64,000 nucleotides of DNA from Octopus sinensis (Eukaryota): positions 32,363,360 through 32,427,359 of the forward strand of contig NC_043019.1 of NCBI RefSeq assembly GCF_006345805.1, given 5' to 3'. The notes beneath the pieces are model-generated. The model saw only the letters and a list, made by a program, of their open reading frames with translations. It had not been told where the DNA came from and made no database searches. This document shows, piece by piece, positions 39,664 to 52,390 of this stretch (position 1 is the first letter of the stretch; every line of letters starts with the position of its first letter). The translations under genes and the position numbers were made by a program.

Positions 39664-40112
39664 CTTGAAAAGCTCTGTAGGAGTAATGTTACTTAATGGT
39701 GGGATATATAGCTTGAAGATCAGAAAGATAATTGATTTAGAAAGTCAAGTTGCTACATGTCTGCCCTGAGGTCTCACAGTTCCAGTATGACAGACATGTA
39801 GTTAACATGTAGGAAAGAATCGCAAAACAGATTCATCAAAGCCAAACCAATTCACAGGAGGCCTGGGGGTAGACCAAGTTTGAGAAGGCTGGATAATACC
39901 TATAGTCTCAGTTGGTCATGCTTAGGAATCCATGGGACCCTACACCACCACCTTCCAGGACCAGTGAGTGGAGAAGATGGATGGATTTTAAATTCTTTAA
40001 CCAGGAAATTGGTAGATTCATGAGAGCAGTATTTTCCAACCATTTTACTCTTGAAATAGAGATGTGTAAGCTGTCTTTGAAAGGATTAGTAGATGCCATG
40101 AAGAAACTTTAA

Positions 40113-40328
40113 CCCTTTCATTACCAACCCAGCTGAAACCGGCTCTGGCTCTGTTGTACAAATGTCTTGTTTTCTTAAGGTTTTAATTAAAATCTCCCAC
40201 CAAACCTTAGTAACAATTTATGTTCCTAATACAAGCTGAATGATAGTTGTTTTACTAAATTCTTTGTTATATTTAAAGTAAATGAAAGAAACAGATAGCA
40301 TCTCAAAATAAATACAGTAACGAAAGGG
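40113..40328. mobile_element. piggyBac-type MITE
   Basis: TTAA flanks; same body as the 15910 and 29822 copies. Confidence 0.85.
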
Positions 40329-41572
40329 TTAAAGCATTTTGGCATAAACAAGTCCTTTACATTAAATTCCCTATTTAGACTAATTTTTCTGATATTCTAT
40401 AGATGTTTTAACCTTAACAAATTATATAAAGCACACAGCTAACACAGTAGAACATGATATTGACTTATAAAATTGTTTAATATACTTTATAGAATATTTT
40501 GGTTGCGTAACAAAATACCATATTCCTACAGGTCATTGATATTTTTTCACAAGGTCCCTTATATACATATGAATACCAGGGTTTCCTTATCTTAGGAAAT
40601 ATGACATGCAAACACTATAAAAATTACCTGTTCTTTTACTTGTTTCAGTCATTTGACTGCAGCCATGCTGGAGCACCCACCTCGAAGGGTTTAAGTCAAA
40701 CAAATCGACCCCTGGAATTATTTAAGCCTAGTACTTATTCTTTCAGTCTCTTTTACTGAACCGCTAAGTTACAGGGACTTAAAACACACCAACGCCAGTT
40801 GCCAAGTGGTGATGGGGGACAAACACAGAAACAAAGACACATATATCATCATCATTGTTTAACGTCCGCTTTCCATGCTAGCATGGGTTGGACGGTTCAA
40901 CTGGGGTCTGGGAAGCCTGAAGGTTGCACCAGGCCCAGTCAGATCTAGCAGTGTCTCTACAGCTGGATGCCCTTCCTAATGCCAACCACTCCGTGAATGT
41001 AGTGGGTGCTTTTTACGTGCCACCGACACAGGTGCCAGACGAGGCTGGGGAATGGCCACGCTTGGATGGTGCTTTTTACGTGCCACCGGCACAGAGGCTG
41101 GCAACGGCGACGATCGGATGATGTTTGTTACGTGCCACCGGCACGGAGGCCAGGCGATGCGGCGCTAGCTATATATAATAAAAATATGTTACAAAAAGAA
41201 AATAGTTTCCCCTTACATTACCACATGTAGTTTCTAAGAAAAATAAATGAAAATGCACATTGTAAGTCAAAAAAAGTAAAGGCTTTTTATGCAAATTAAT
41301 GAAAGATATATACAATTAGATGAACTGAGGTAGGAATAAAAGTCATTATTGTGAATTGTTAAAGAGATTCAAGCATACCGGTTTCGTAAGTTACTACTCA
41401 TTGCTTTGACTACAACTATTCATTGCTGTTTGGCTAAACCAGTAGTTGTCAACCATTTTTTCTTGTCTATGGACCCCTTTCATTCCTATTTTATTGAGAT
41501 GGACCCTTCTAGCCATTCAAGGTTTAAAAACAACATATTGTATTTTTATAATTAAATATTATATTTTGTGTA

Positions 41573-43655
41573 TGAGGTGGTATCAAAAAGCTCTCGGACT
41601 CTTTTTTTTTACTTAATCGACCCCGGGACTTATTCTATCGGTCTCTTTTTGCCGAACCACTAAGTTACACGGATGTAAACACACCAGCATCGGTTGTCAA
41701 GCAATGTTGAGGGGACAAACACATACATATATATATACATATATACGATGGGCTTCTTTAAGTTTCCGTCTCCCAAATCCACTCACTAGGCTTTGGTCAG
41801 CCTGAGGCTATACTAGAAGACACTTGCCCAAGGTGTCACGCAGTGGGACTGAACCCGGAACCATGTGGTTCGTAAGCAAGCTACTTAACACACAGCCACT
41901 CCTACGCCTATTATTGTTAAAACATATGAAAATAAGTTGTTTTTTTTTAACATTATCTCCTTCGAAATAGTCACCTTGCACAGCAGTACACCAGTCTGAG
42001 CGCTCCTACCGCTTTTGCAATCCGGCCTGAAAGTTGTTTTATGTAAGCAAGTCAAAGACCTTCTGCGATTTGCTCTAGATTTTGACAACAATATTAAAAC
42101 AGCTGCATTTTCATCTTGGAGATAGGGTCAGTGCAAAAGTGATATCATGTTTGGGGCAAGAAACTCCTGACTGATGAGAGCTCAGTAACAATGAGCATTA
42201 TCATGAAGAATACAATTCTTCGTGCTCCACAGATCCGGCCACATTTGTTGAATGTCCTCTCTCAAACACTTCAAAATGTCACAGTAGAACTCTCGATTAA
42301 TGGTCTGGCCCTGGGGGGATGAATTTTCAATGCACAACACCACGTTTCTGGAGGTAATGCTTGTGGAAGGTCTTCCACATTGCTCATCAACTTCAAGGGA
42401 AATTCTTCCACTTTTGAAGCGTTTGTGCCACTCTAAACATTGTGTGTAACCCATTACCTTGTTGCCATAAACTTGCCAAAACATGCTCAATTTCTCTGTA
42501 ACAGACTTCCCAAGTTGAACACAAAATTTCGCATTGGCTCTTTGTTCCAGTTTCCTGTCCATGACAAAATCACAGGCTACAGCATACAAGTGATCACCTC
42601 TCGAAAGAGCTGTTCTTCACTCCTGCTCCAGAGCATCGGCTGCGGGGTCACTCCAAAAAGCTCTATCTGCGACGATTTCATCTCAATTGAAGGAGAGGGG
42701 CTTTCTCCGTCCGGGTTGCGGATCCGTGGAATAAGCTGCCGGACGAGATAGTGAAGATGCCGACGACCGCTCGGTTCAAAGTCTCTCTTGACCTGAAATG
42801 GCCTGAACTCTTTGCATGAACACCCTCCCTGTACATAACTCCATGTCCCCCTACATGGCCTTGCCTTTTGCTTTTTGAGCCAAAAATTTAACTTAACTAA
42901 ATTAACTTAACTTAAAAATACAAATTTCACAACTTATGAAGTAAACACAGCAGTGTTATGTAGCACACTGCTTCATGAAAGGTCATTGCTAGCTTTCACT
43001 GTGCACGTGACCATGTGCTGCATCTGTTGTTACACTAGCTGGCAGAAACATTAGCACGCCAGGCGAAATTCTTAGCAGATTCCGTCGAAGTCAACTTTGC
43101 CTTTCATCCTTTCAGGGCCGACAAATTAAGTACCAGTTGAGTACTGGGGTTGATGTAATCAACTAGCCACCTCCCCCAAATTTCAGGCCGTCTGCCTAGA
43201 TTAGAAAGGACTATTAAAGCGGCGAGCTGGCAGAAACGTTAGCATGCCGGGCGAAATGCTTAGCAGTATTTCATCTGCCGTTACGTTCTGAGTTCAAATA
43301 CCGCCGAGGTCTACTTTGCCTTTCATCCTTTCGGGGTCAATAAATTAAGTACCAGTTATGCACTGGGGTCGATGTAATCAATTTAATCCGTTTGTCCTCC
43401 CTGTGTGTAGCCCCTTGTGGGTAGTAAAGAAATGGGTATTTCGTCTGTCGCTACGTTCTGAGTTCAAATTCCGCCGAGGTAGACTTTGCCTTTCATCCTT
43501 TCGGGGGTTGATAAACTAAGTACTAGTTGCAGACTGGGGTCGATGTAATCATCTTAATCCCTTTGTCTGTCCTTGTTTGTCCCCTCTATGTTTAGCCCCT
43601 TGCAGGCAATAAAGAAAAAAAAGAACTAGTCTGGGAACTTTTTGATACTACCTCA
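41573..43655 (-). mobile_element. Defective mariner transposon with both TIRs and TA TSD, carrying SINE and CR1 insertions
   Basis: 28-bp TIRs (24 of 28 match), TA at 41571-72 and 43656-57. Transposase pieces MDRKLEQRANAKFCVQLGKS...EWHKRFKSGR..GRPSTS, PQGQTINREFY...LHDNA and C-terminal QGDYFEGD; internally deleted. Confidence 0.92.
42604..42915 (+). mobile_element. CR1/L2-clade LINE 3' fragment
   Basis: Translates RLRGHSKKLYLRRFHLN*RRGAFSVRVADPWNKLPDEIVK...FKVSLD, resembling the CR1 C-terminus; (TTAAC)n tail. Confidence 0.8.
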
Positions 43656-44065
43656 TATTTTGGTTGCATAACAAAATACCATATCCCTACAAGTCATTGA
43701 TATTTTTTCATAGGGTCTCACATACATATGATGATGATATGCTGAGACCTCCTTTGGTCATGACTGACCATGGGATTGCACCTAGAAATTTAAAATTTGT
43801 GATAAATTGTTTATAGGACCCTGGTTGAGAACCACTGGGCTTCAATCCTTGAAGACAGAGAAGCAAAAAGATAAAAGATGAGATAAACACTAACACTAGG
43901 GTGTCGAACCTGTCTCGCAGTATTTATTTCAATTCCTTGCATTCTGAGTTCAAATCCCACTGAGGTGTGCACTTTGTCTTTCAGACTTCTGTGGTTGATA
44001 AAATAAAGTTACCAGACGAGGATGGTGTCATTAGACCAACAGACAGGATGCTTTGCAGTATTTGT

Positions 44066-44926
44066 CCCCACTCTTTCCATTCTGAATTCAAATCCTATCG
44101 TGGCCTACTTGAGCCTTATTCCAGCTGTTGGGGCAAGAGGTCTTCCTTCTCTCCCAACTAAGCAATAGAAGGAATATAGAAGCTCTGATCTTTCCAAGTC
44201 ATTCTGAAGTCTAACAATTCTGTGTTTTGCTGAGAAGGTTTGTTAAGGCTGAAACATATCCATAGTTACCCCTGCAAGTACCCCACTCTTTCCATTCTGA
44301 ATTCAAATCCTATCGTGGCCTACTTGAGCCTTATTCCAGCTGTTGGGGCAAGAGGTCTTCCTTCTCTCCCAACTAAGCAATAGAAGGAATATAGAAGCTC
44401 TGATCTTTCCAAGTCATTCTGAAGTCTAACAATTCTGTGTTTTGCTGAGAAGGTTTGTTAAGGCTGAAACATATCCATAGTTACCCCTGCAAGTACCCCA
44501 CTCTTCCATTCTGAATTCAAATCCTATCGTGGCCTACTTGAGCCTTATTCCAGCTGTTGGGGCAAGAGGTCTTCCTTCTCTCCCAACTAAGCAATAGAAG
44601 GAATATAGAAGCTCTGATCTTTCCAAGTCATTCTGAAGTCTAACAATTCTGTGTTTTGCTGAGAAGGTTTGTTAAGGCTGAAACATATCCATAGTTACCC
44701 CTGCAAGTACCCCACTCTTTCCATTCTGAATTCAAATCCTATCGTGGCCTACTTGAGCCTTATTCCAACTGTTGGGGCAAGAGGTCTTCCTTCTCTCCCA
44801 ACTAAGCAATAGAAGGAATATAGAAGCTCTGATCTCTCTAAGTCATTCTGAAGTCTAACAATTCTGTATTTTGCTGAGAAGGTTTGTTAAGGCTGAAACA
44901 TATCCATAGTTACCCCTGCAAGTACC
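44066..44926. repeat. 215-bp tandem repeat, 4 copies
   Basis: CCCCACTCTT starts at 44066, 44281, 44496 and 44710. Confidence 0.95.
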
Positions 44927-46139
44927 AAAATTCAAACACTTTCCACAGAAAATCTCTAATCTTTGATGAATTTAAATTTCATACTTCTCAGCCTCGCACC
45001 CTTACCCGTTTTTTTGACAAGATGTGCTATTTGCACTAATGATTTTCTGGCTCATTAAAAGTTTAATTATGAGATGGTATCAAAAGGTTCCAGGATTGAT
45101 TATGTTTAATAAAAAATAATTTATTTACCTAAGTTCTATTCGGGTTCACAATCATGAGGTTGCGAGTTTGATTCCCGGACCGGGCTGTGTGTTGTGTTCT
45201 TGAGCAAGACACTTTATCTCACATTGCCCCAGTTCACCCTGCTATAGAAATGAGTTGCGATGTCAAGCTGTATCCGCTTTTGCCTTTCACTTGGAAAACA
45301 TTTGTGACATGGGGAGGGAATGCTGATATGCATGGGTTGAGGGCTGGACTTTCATAAACAACGTTGTCCAGATATATCCCTCAGAGGGTAACTGTATTGG
45401 TGCAATCCCATGGTCATTCATTATCAAAGGTGAAGGAAATAGAAATGACTGAGAAAGGAGGAATTGGTCAGCAACAGAAGAGGAAAGGTGGAGAGCAGCA
45501 CCTCTGTAACAAAGGTGTAGATAGATGAGAAAGAGAGATACAGTGAGTAGGGAAGGGAGAAAAAGGGCAAAAGCACCAAATATATTCCTTCGGAAACAAA
45601 ACTACCTGAAAAACCATTAACAGGGTGAAAGAAATTTTCTCAATGAGGAGAAAAAAAAAACAAGAAGTCCCTTTCTGTGGCACCCTGGGTAAGTGTCTTC
45701 TATAGCTTTGGGCCGACCAAAGCCTTGTGAGTGGATTTGGTAAACAGAAACTGAAAGAAGCCTATTATATATATATATATGTGTGTGTGTGTCTGTCCCC
45801 TCACACCACTTGGCAGTTGGTGTTAGTGTGTTTACATCCCCATAACTTTGCAATACAGCAAAAGAGACTGATAGAATAAGTACTTAGAAACAATATGTCC
45901 TAGGGTCGATTTGTTCGACTAAAACCCTTCAAGTTGATGCTCCAGTATGGCCACAGTCAAATGACTGAAACAAGTAAAAGAATTCCATTTGTAATTATCC
46001 ATAATCCAAAAAAACCATAACTTCTTATATTCAGCCATATTTTACCTTCCAGATCTCTTTTTCTGAACCGCTAAATTACAGGGACGTAAACACACCAGCA
46101 TCGGTTGTCAGGCAATGTTGTGGCGACAATCATCAAATC

Positions 46140-46720
46140 TCAGAAAATAATTGAAGAATCACAAATTAACAACAACCAAAGATAACCACCAATTCTTCAA
46201 AGGCTCATAAAAATGGCGAAATTCAAATCAAAAGATGTGACAAAATGTCGAGACCTTTGTTCTGGGACATGTGAAATTGTTGAACAGGTGACAACCAAAA
46301 TACACAAGAATGAGAAGGAATTGAAGGTTAATGCAAAGATGAATTGCAAAACAAAAAAAACATTTACTGCATCATGTACACACAATGGAATGAGGATTAC
46401 ATCGGACAAACAGGATAAGAATTAATAAATTGAGTATGGATACATAAGCAACAAATCAAAGCTATATGTCTTGGAAATGTTTCAAATAGTGAACAACAAG
46501 ACATTTGTGCAGATAGAAAATTTAAAATATTGCTATTTTTCAGAAAAACAAGAGAGAAAATGATCAACTATGAAAAGCAAAGTACAAGAAAAGATGTAAA
46601 CAGCAAAAGATGTGTAAGTGTTTTACACATAAAAACACATCTTTCCAAAAGACTTTTATTCAATTTCTTTAAGATTTTCTTATAAAATAAAGTTGTTAAT
46701 TTAAGAATATCTTTCTTCAA
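46140..46720 (+). mobile_element. Penelope-like element remnant (GIY-YIG endonuclease)
   Basis: AKF...VTKCRDLCSGTC...KVNAKMNCKTK, then after a frameshift IYCIMYTQWNEDYIGQTG and IHKQQIK. Confidence 0.75.
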
Positions 46721-46729
46721 TTATATATA

Positions 46730-46769
<40 letters not shown>

Positions 46770-47433
46770 CATATATATAGGTATATATGTATGTATATAT
46801 ATACACACACAAGCACTCGTGTGTGTGTGTATATATATATATAAATATATATATATAGGTACATATGTATGTATATATATATACACCCACACACACAAGC
46901 ACACGTGTGTGTATATATATATATAGATAGATAAGCAGACAGATAGATAAAAATAGATTGATATACACATAATTTATGTGTGTTTGTGTAAGTACACACA
47001 CACACATATATACACCAGCCACCCTCCCACAAAATTTTTGGTAAGGAATTTCTATGTTTGGTTCGTTAATCGGGGGGGGGGATTTCCTCGCTATTCTCTT
47101 TTCCCGTTTCATGCTATCATGTACTGTAATAAAGTATAGCTCTTATTGGCCAATTTCTTCACTGCCGATTCTTCAGACAGAACCATTAAGCCAAACTAAT
47201 TTGCTCAGACTTACCGCTTCCATATTCTTCATTTTGAAATTTCTTTTAAGGGAGGCATAAAAATATAAATGAAACTACAAAGGGCCTAAATTAGATTCTG
47301 GAAGATTTTTTTCACTTCATTGTTCCCCCGTTAAATATAAAGGTTTTGCTTGTGAAAAATGTTTGTTGATGTATGTTGCATGCATATGTGTATATATACC
47401 CAGTCTCTCCCTCTCTCATATATATATATATAT

Positions 47434-47825
47434 AGGCGCAGGAGTGGCTGTGTGGTAAGTAGCTTGCTAACCAACCACATGGTTCCGGGTTCAGTCCCAC
47501 TGCGTGGCATCTTGGGCAAGTGTCTTCTGCTATAGCCCCGGGCCGACCAATGCCTTGTGAGTGGATTTGGTAGACGGAAACTGAAAGAAGCCTGTCGTAT
47601 ATATGTATATATATATATATATGTATGTGTTTGTGTGCCTGTGTTTGTCCCCCTAGCATTACCTGACAACCGATGCTGGTGTGTTTACATCCCCATCACT
47701 TAGCGGTTCGGCAAAAGAGACCGATAGAATAAGTACTGGGCTTACAAAGAATAAGTTCCGATGTCGATTTGCTCGACTAAAGGCCGCAGTCAAATGACTG
47801 AAACAAGTAAAAGAGTAAAAGAGTA
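47434..47825 (+). mobile_element. SINE family C copy, young
   Basis: Near-identical to 31387-31790. Confidence 0.9.
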
Positions 47826-47983
47826 TATATATGTAAATGGATGAATGAATTATCCTTTGTTTACCGTAAACATGGAAAATTCAATAAATAGTTACCAGGG
47901 TAGCAAAATTCACGCAAGTAACACGGATGAAGCGACCTATTCAAAGGTAGAAACTCCGGGTTAATGTGCAGTAATTTGTTTTG

Positions 47984-48128
47984 TATAAGTAAATAAATGG
48001 AGTTGAACGCAGATGTTATTAAAATTCTTTTACTTTCGACGTATGTTAAAACCAATGTCTTCAAAACATATGTCGAAAGTAAAAGAATTTTAATAACATC
48101 TGCGTTCAACTCCATTTATTTACTTATA
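47984..48128. repeat. Perfect 57-bp inverted repeat with 31-nt spacer
   Basis: 47984-48040 is the exact reverse complement of 48072-48128. Confidence 0.95.
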
Positions 48129-48160
48129 TATATATATATGTATATATATATGTATATATA

Positions 48161-48620
48161 CTAGCAGCTAAGCCTGGTTTCACCCAGTCGGTTTGGATGA
48201 TGTGGCTGTAAAACCTGCTCTGTGTAAGCATTCGACTTGTTTGGGCACGCTTACATTGAAAAACAATTTTAGAATGACTTTTTCCTGTCAAAACGATAAA
48301 AATAACTGACCAACAAAAGACAAAAGAAAATACCAGCCAAGATTCAACCAAATCAAAAAATAAACCCAAATACTAAGCAAACAAAGATGAACAATCCCAC
48401 TTCCATTGCGCGCGCATATGCATATACACACACATTCACATACCCCCCTTTTACATACACACACATATTCACAGAGTTGAAACGCCATTTGATTAATTTT
48501 TTCAGCGTACAATTTTCATCATCCCACTACAAAGTATGACATCGCCCACTTCCTTCTTTATTCATTTATCACCCCTTCCTTTCCCATTCATGAACACAAG
48601 AGTATTATTATAGTAGATTA
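48161..48620 (-). mobile_element. Non-autonomous Helitron-type element, family H3
   Basis: CTAG at 48161 next to (TA)n with an adjacent imperfect hairpin; opposite end reads A|TCTACTATAATAATAC on the minus strand. Confidence 0.55.
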
Positions 48621-49144
48621 TCTCGGTAACCATGGGAGCTATGAAAAAAATTACAAAGCCCAGCAGCACCACCGGATCATTCTACAAGTGTGTAATTTTT
48701 CGTGCAATTCCACCCAGCCATTTGACCGTGAATTCCAAGACAAAAAAGAATCACCCATGTCAAATTTTTATGTATAGATATATGAATATATGTGTGTGGT
48801 GTGTGTCTGTGTGTGTATATATATATATATATCTGTGTGTGTGTGTATATACATATATCTGTGTATGTATGTATATATCATCATCATCATCATCATTGTT
48901 TAGCGTCCGCTTTCCATGCTGGCATGGGTTGGACGGTGCAACTGGGGTCTGGGAAGCCAGAAGGCTGCACCAGGCCCAGTCTGATCTGGCAATGTTTCTA
49001 CGGCTGGATGCCCTTCCTAACGCCATATATATATATCTGTGTGTATATATGTGTGCATGTACGTATGTATATATGTGTATATGCGTATAATAAGGGATGA
49101 CCACTAAGTGGACATCCAATATGCTAGAAGAAGATCATCTATGA

Positions 49145-50348
49145 CAGGGGTGGGCGAACTTTTTTGATCGCAGGCCGCACAGTGCGTCTTTGGAACCTTG
49201 GCGGGCCTCATTTATAAAAATCAAGTGAAAATATATTTAAAGGCGGTTATAGACCTATAAACACACAATTGATTGAAAGGAAATTTTGTGAAATATTCCT
49301 GGTTTAAGTGATTTAATTTATTTTTTAGAGTATTGGGTTCATGTTTTTCGGTTATTTGCTCCTATAGTTGAAATTATTACAGGATCCTCGGTTATTTTGG
49401 ACAGCCTGTTATTGCTTACAAATTGCCAGGAACGGAATTTTCCTAGTAAAATCTGCACTAATTGTGGACAACCACCTCTTAATATTATGGACAACCATGA
49501 TGAATATTATACTTAAATTCTAGGATACCCAAAATAAAAAAATTTTAAAGAGAAATAACAGTTTATTAATATGAATTGATATCTGAAATTAGAAACGTCA
49601 CCTGAAACATTTATTTGAAAAACAAAGCGGCTCTGTAAATAACAATGTCAATGAGAATGATGCAGCTGACTACTGTCATTTACCAGTTTGTCAAAATTAG
49701 GTGTCAAGTTGCTTGTGCTGATTCTTAACACTGACTGAAGATTTGAGTCTGTGAGAAGTGATCGATTCTTCCCCTTGTTAATTTTCATGATGGAGAAAGT
49801 CTGCTCACATATGTGGAAGCACTCCGTCGGTTACGATGACGAGGGTTCCTGTTGATCCGATCAACGGAACAGCCTGCTTGTGAAATTAACGTGTAAGTGG
49901 CTGAGCACTCCACAGACACGTGTATCCTTAACGTAGTTCTCGGGGATATTCAGCATGACACAGAGAGTGACAAGGCCGGCCCTTTTGAAATACAGGTACA
50001 ACAGAAACAGGAAGTAAGAGTGAGAGAAAGTTGTGGTAAAAGAGTACAGCAGGGATCACCACCATCCCTGCCGGAGCCTCGTGGAGCTTTAGGTGTTTTC
50101 GCTCAATAAACACTCACAACGCCCGGTCTGGGAATCGAAACCGCGATCCTACTACTGCAAGTCCGCTGCCCTAACCACTGGGCCATTGCGCCTCCACTCA
50201 CATATGTAAGTTGATGCAAACAACACAAACATCTTTCTTGCAAATTTTTTTAGATTTTGGAACTGGGATTCATAAATCTCTCGGCGGGCCGCATGAAAAC
50301 CTATGGCGGGCCGCATGCGGCCCGCGGGCCGTAGTTTGCCCACCCCTG
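49145..50348. mobile_element. Non-autonomous hAT element with 8-bp TSD
   Basis: TIR CAGGGGTGGGCGAACT / AGTTTGCCCACCCCTG; TSD ATCTATGA / ATCTACGA; GCGGCCCGCGGGCC subterminal motif. Confidence 0.9.
49815..50196 (-). mobile_element. SINE, head A with tail a, nested in the hAT element, 11-bp TSD
   Basis: TSD CTCACATATGT at 49804 and 50197. Confidence 0.9.
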
Positions 50349-50988
50349 ATCTACGATCAAACTACAAAGAAAAGAATGTTCTCTAGAGAAATTCAGCAAA
50401 CACCAGAACAAAAGCGGGTAAGACAGATGAAAATAACCAAACATACAGAATTAAATTATATGTGTGTGTGTATGTATATATATATCTCAAAACAGAAGAC
50501 TAGAAAACTATTGTTTCAACCAGGAAACCCTGGGTATTTGTATTTAACAAGAACTGTGGTTTTATTATTATATTATCTTTACTCTCTTAGCTGTTCAAGT
50601 GTTCTTCTACACGTTGAAGCCTTACCATATAATATATATTCATTATCATCATCATCATCATTTAATGTCCACTTTCCATGCTGGCATGGGTTGGAAAGTT
50701 TGACAGAGCAGTCCAGGCACCAATTGTATTTTGTGAGATGGTTTCTATGGCTGGATACCATTCCTAATGCTTGGATGTACTCTTTTCTTCTTTTACGTAT
50801 TTCAGTCATTTGACTGTGGCCATACTGGAGCATTGCCTTAAGGGGTTTTAGTCAAAGAGATCGACTCCAGGACTTATTCTTTGTAAGCTTAATATTTGTT
50901 CTATCGGTCTCTTTTGTATTGGTTGTCAAACAATGGTGGAGTGATAAAGACAGACAGACACACACACACATACATACATAAATATAAG

Positions 50989-52390
50989 GTCTTGAATTGA
51001 AGGGCATTAGAGTGAATCTAGCAAAATCCAAGGTCTTGGTAAGTAAGAAGGCAGACAAATCCCTTCAGGTAAATGGCCTTGCTCAGTCTGTAGAAAAGGC
51101 ATAGGTAGAAACTCCACAATATGTACCTGATGCAAGCCATGGGCACATAAGAGGTGCAGCAATATCAAAGAAAGGTTAACTGGGAAGATAGTTTTGTGTG
51201 TGGCAAATGCACAGGAGTAATAAACACTGAAAATATGCAGAAAACAGCTTCCGTCACATGCCAGGGGAAAAAAACTAGAAGTAGTTGATAGCTTCCATTA
51301 CCTAGGTGACCAAGTCAGTAGCAGGGGTGGATGTTCTGAAAGTATAGCTGCTAGAATAAGAATAGCCTGAGCAAAGTTCGGAGAGCTCCTAGCTCTGCTG
51401 GTGACAAAGGGCCTCTCACTCAGAGTGAAATGCAGACTGTATGACGCATGTGGGCAAACAGCCATGCTACATGGCAGTGACTGCTGAGGACATGCATAAA
51501 CTAGCAAGAAATGAAGCTTGTATGCTCCACTGGATGTGTAATGTCAGTGTGCATACACGACAGTCCTGAGAGAAAAGTTGGACATAAGAAGCATCAGATG
51601 TGTGCAATAGAGATGACTGTGCTGGTATGGTCATTTGTTGCGTATGGATGAGGACAGCTTTGTGAAAAAGTATCAGACCCTAACAGTGGAGGGAACCTGT
51701 AGAAGAGGTAGACCCAGGAAGACCTGGGATGAGGTGGTGAAGCACAACCATCGAATGTTGGGCCTCACGGAGGCGATGATAAGTGACTGAGACCTTTGGA
51801 GATATGCTGTGCATGAGAAGACCCTGCAAGCCAAGTGAGACCGTAACCATGGCCTATGCCAGTGTAGCATAACTGGCCCAATTAATAGTACCCTTCAATC
51901 ATTGGACAATAAACCGTGCTTGTGAAGAGCTGTTGAGTCAAGTGAAATCATTGTTGTGGCCAATGCCAATACTGCCTGACTGGCATGTAAAAAGCACCCA
52001 CTACACTCTCGGAGTGGTTGGCATTAGGGAGGACATCCAGCTGTAGAAGCCTCGCCAGATCAGATTGGAGTCCAGTACAGTCTTCTGGCTTGCCAGATCA
52101 GATTGGAGTCCAGTACAGCCTTCTGGCTTGCCAGATCAGATTGGAGTCCAGTACAGCCTTCTGGCTTGCCAGATCAGATTGGAGTCCAGTACAGCCTTCT
52201 GGCTTGCCAGATCAGATTGGAGTCCAGTACAGCCTTCTGGCTTGCCAGATCAGATTGGAGTCCAGTACAGCCTTCTGGCTTGCCAGATCAGATTGGAGTC
52301 CAGTACAGCCTTCTGGCTTGCCAGTCCTCAGTCCAACCGTCCAACTCATGGCAGCATGGAAAGTGGACGTTAAACAATGCTGATGATGAT
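50989..52390 (+). mobile_element. RTE-clade LINE, 5'-truncated, degenerate ORF end plus 3' UTR
   Basis: GKWPCSVCRKGIGRNS..C; LEVVDSFHYLGD...AKFGELL; WYGHLLRMDED...RGRPRKTWDEVV; stop at 51836-38; (GAT)n tail; internal stops and frameshifts. Confidence 0.92.
52054..52319. repeat. 38-bp minisatellite, 7 units (GCCAGATCAGATTGGAGTCCAGTACAGCCTTCTGGCTT), in the RTE tail
   Basis: Starts at 52054, 52092, 52130 and every 38 bp to 52282. Confidence 0.95.

Larger units (their letters stand above)
41440..43837. mobile_element. hAT-type MITE acting as host of the nested mariner
   Basis: Termini CAGTAGTTGTCAACC / GGTTGAGAACCACTG (13 of 15 match). Sequence after 43657 is homologous to an uninterrupted fragment near 40497. 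Confidence 0.6.

Noticed and set aside
39912-40112. 66-aa ORF as an exon or RT fragment
   Set aside because: No convincing motif or splice sites.
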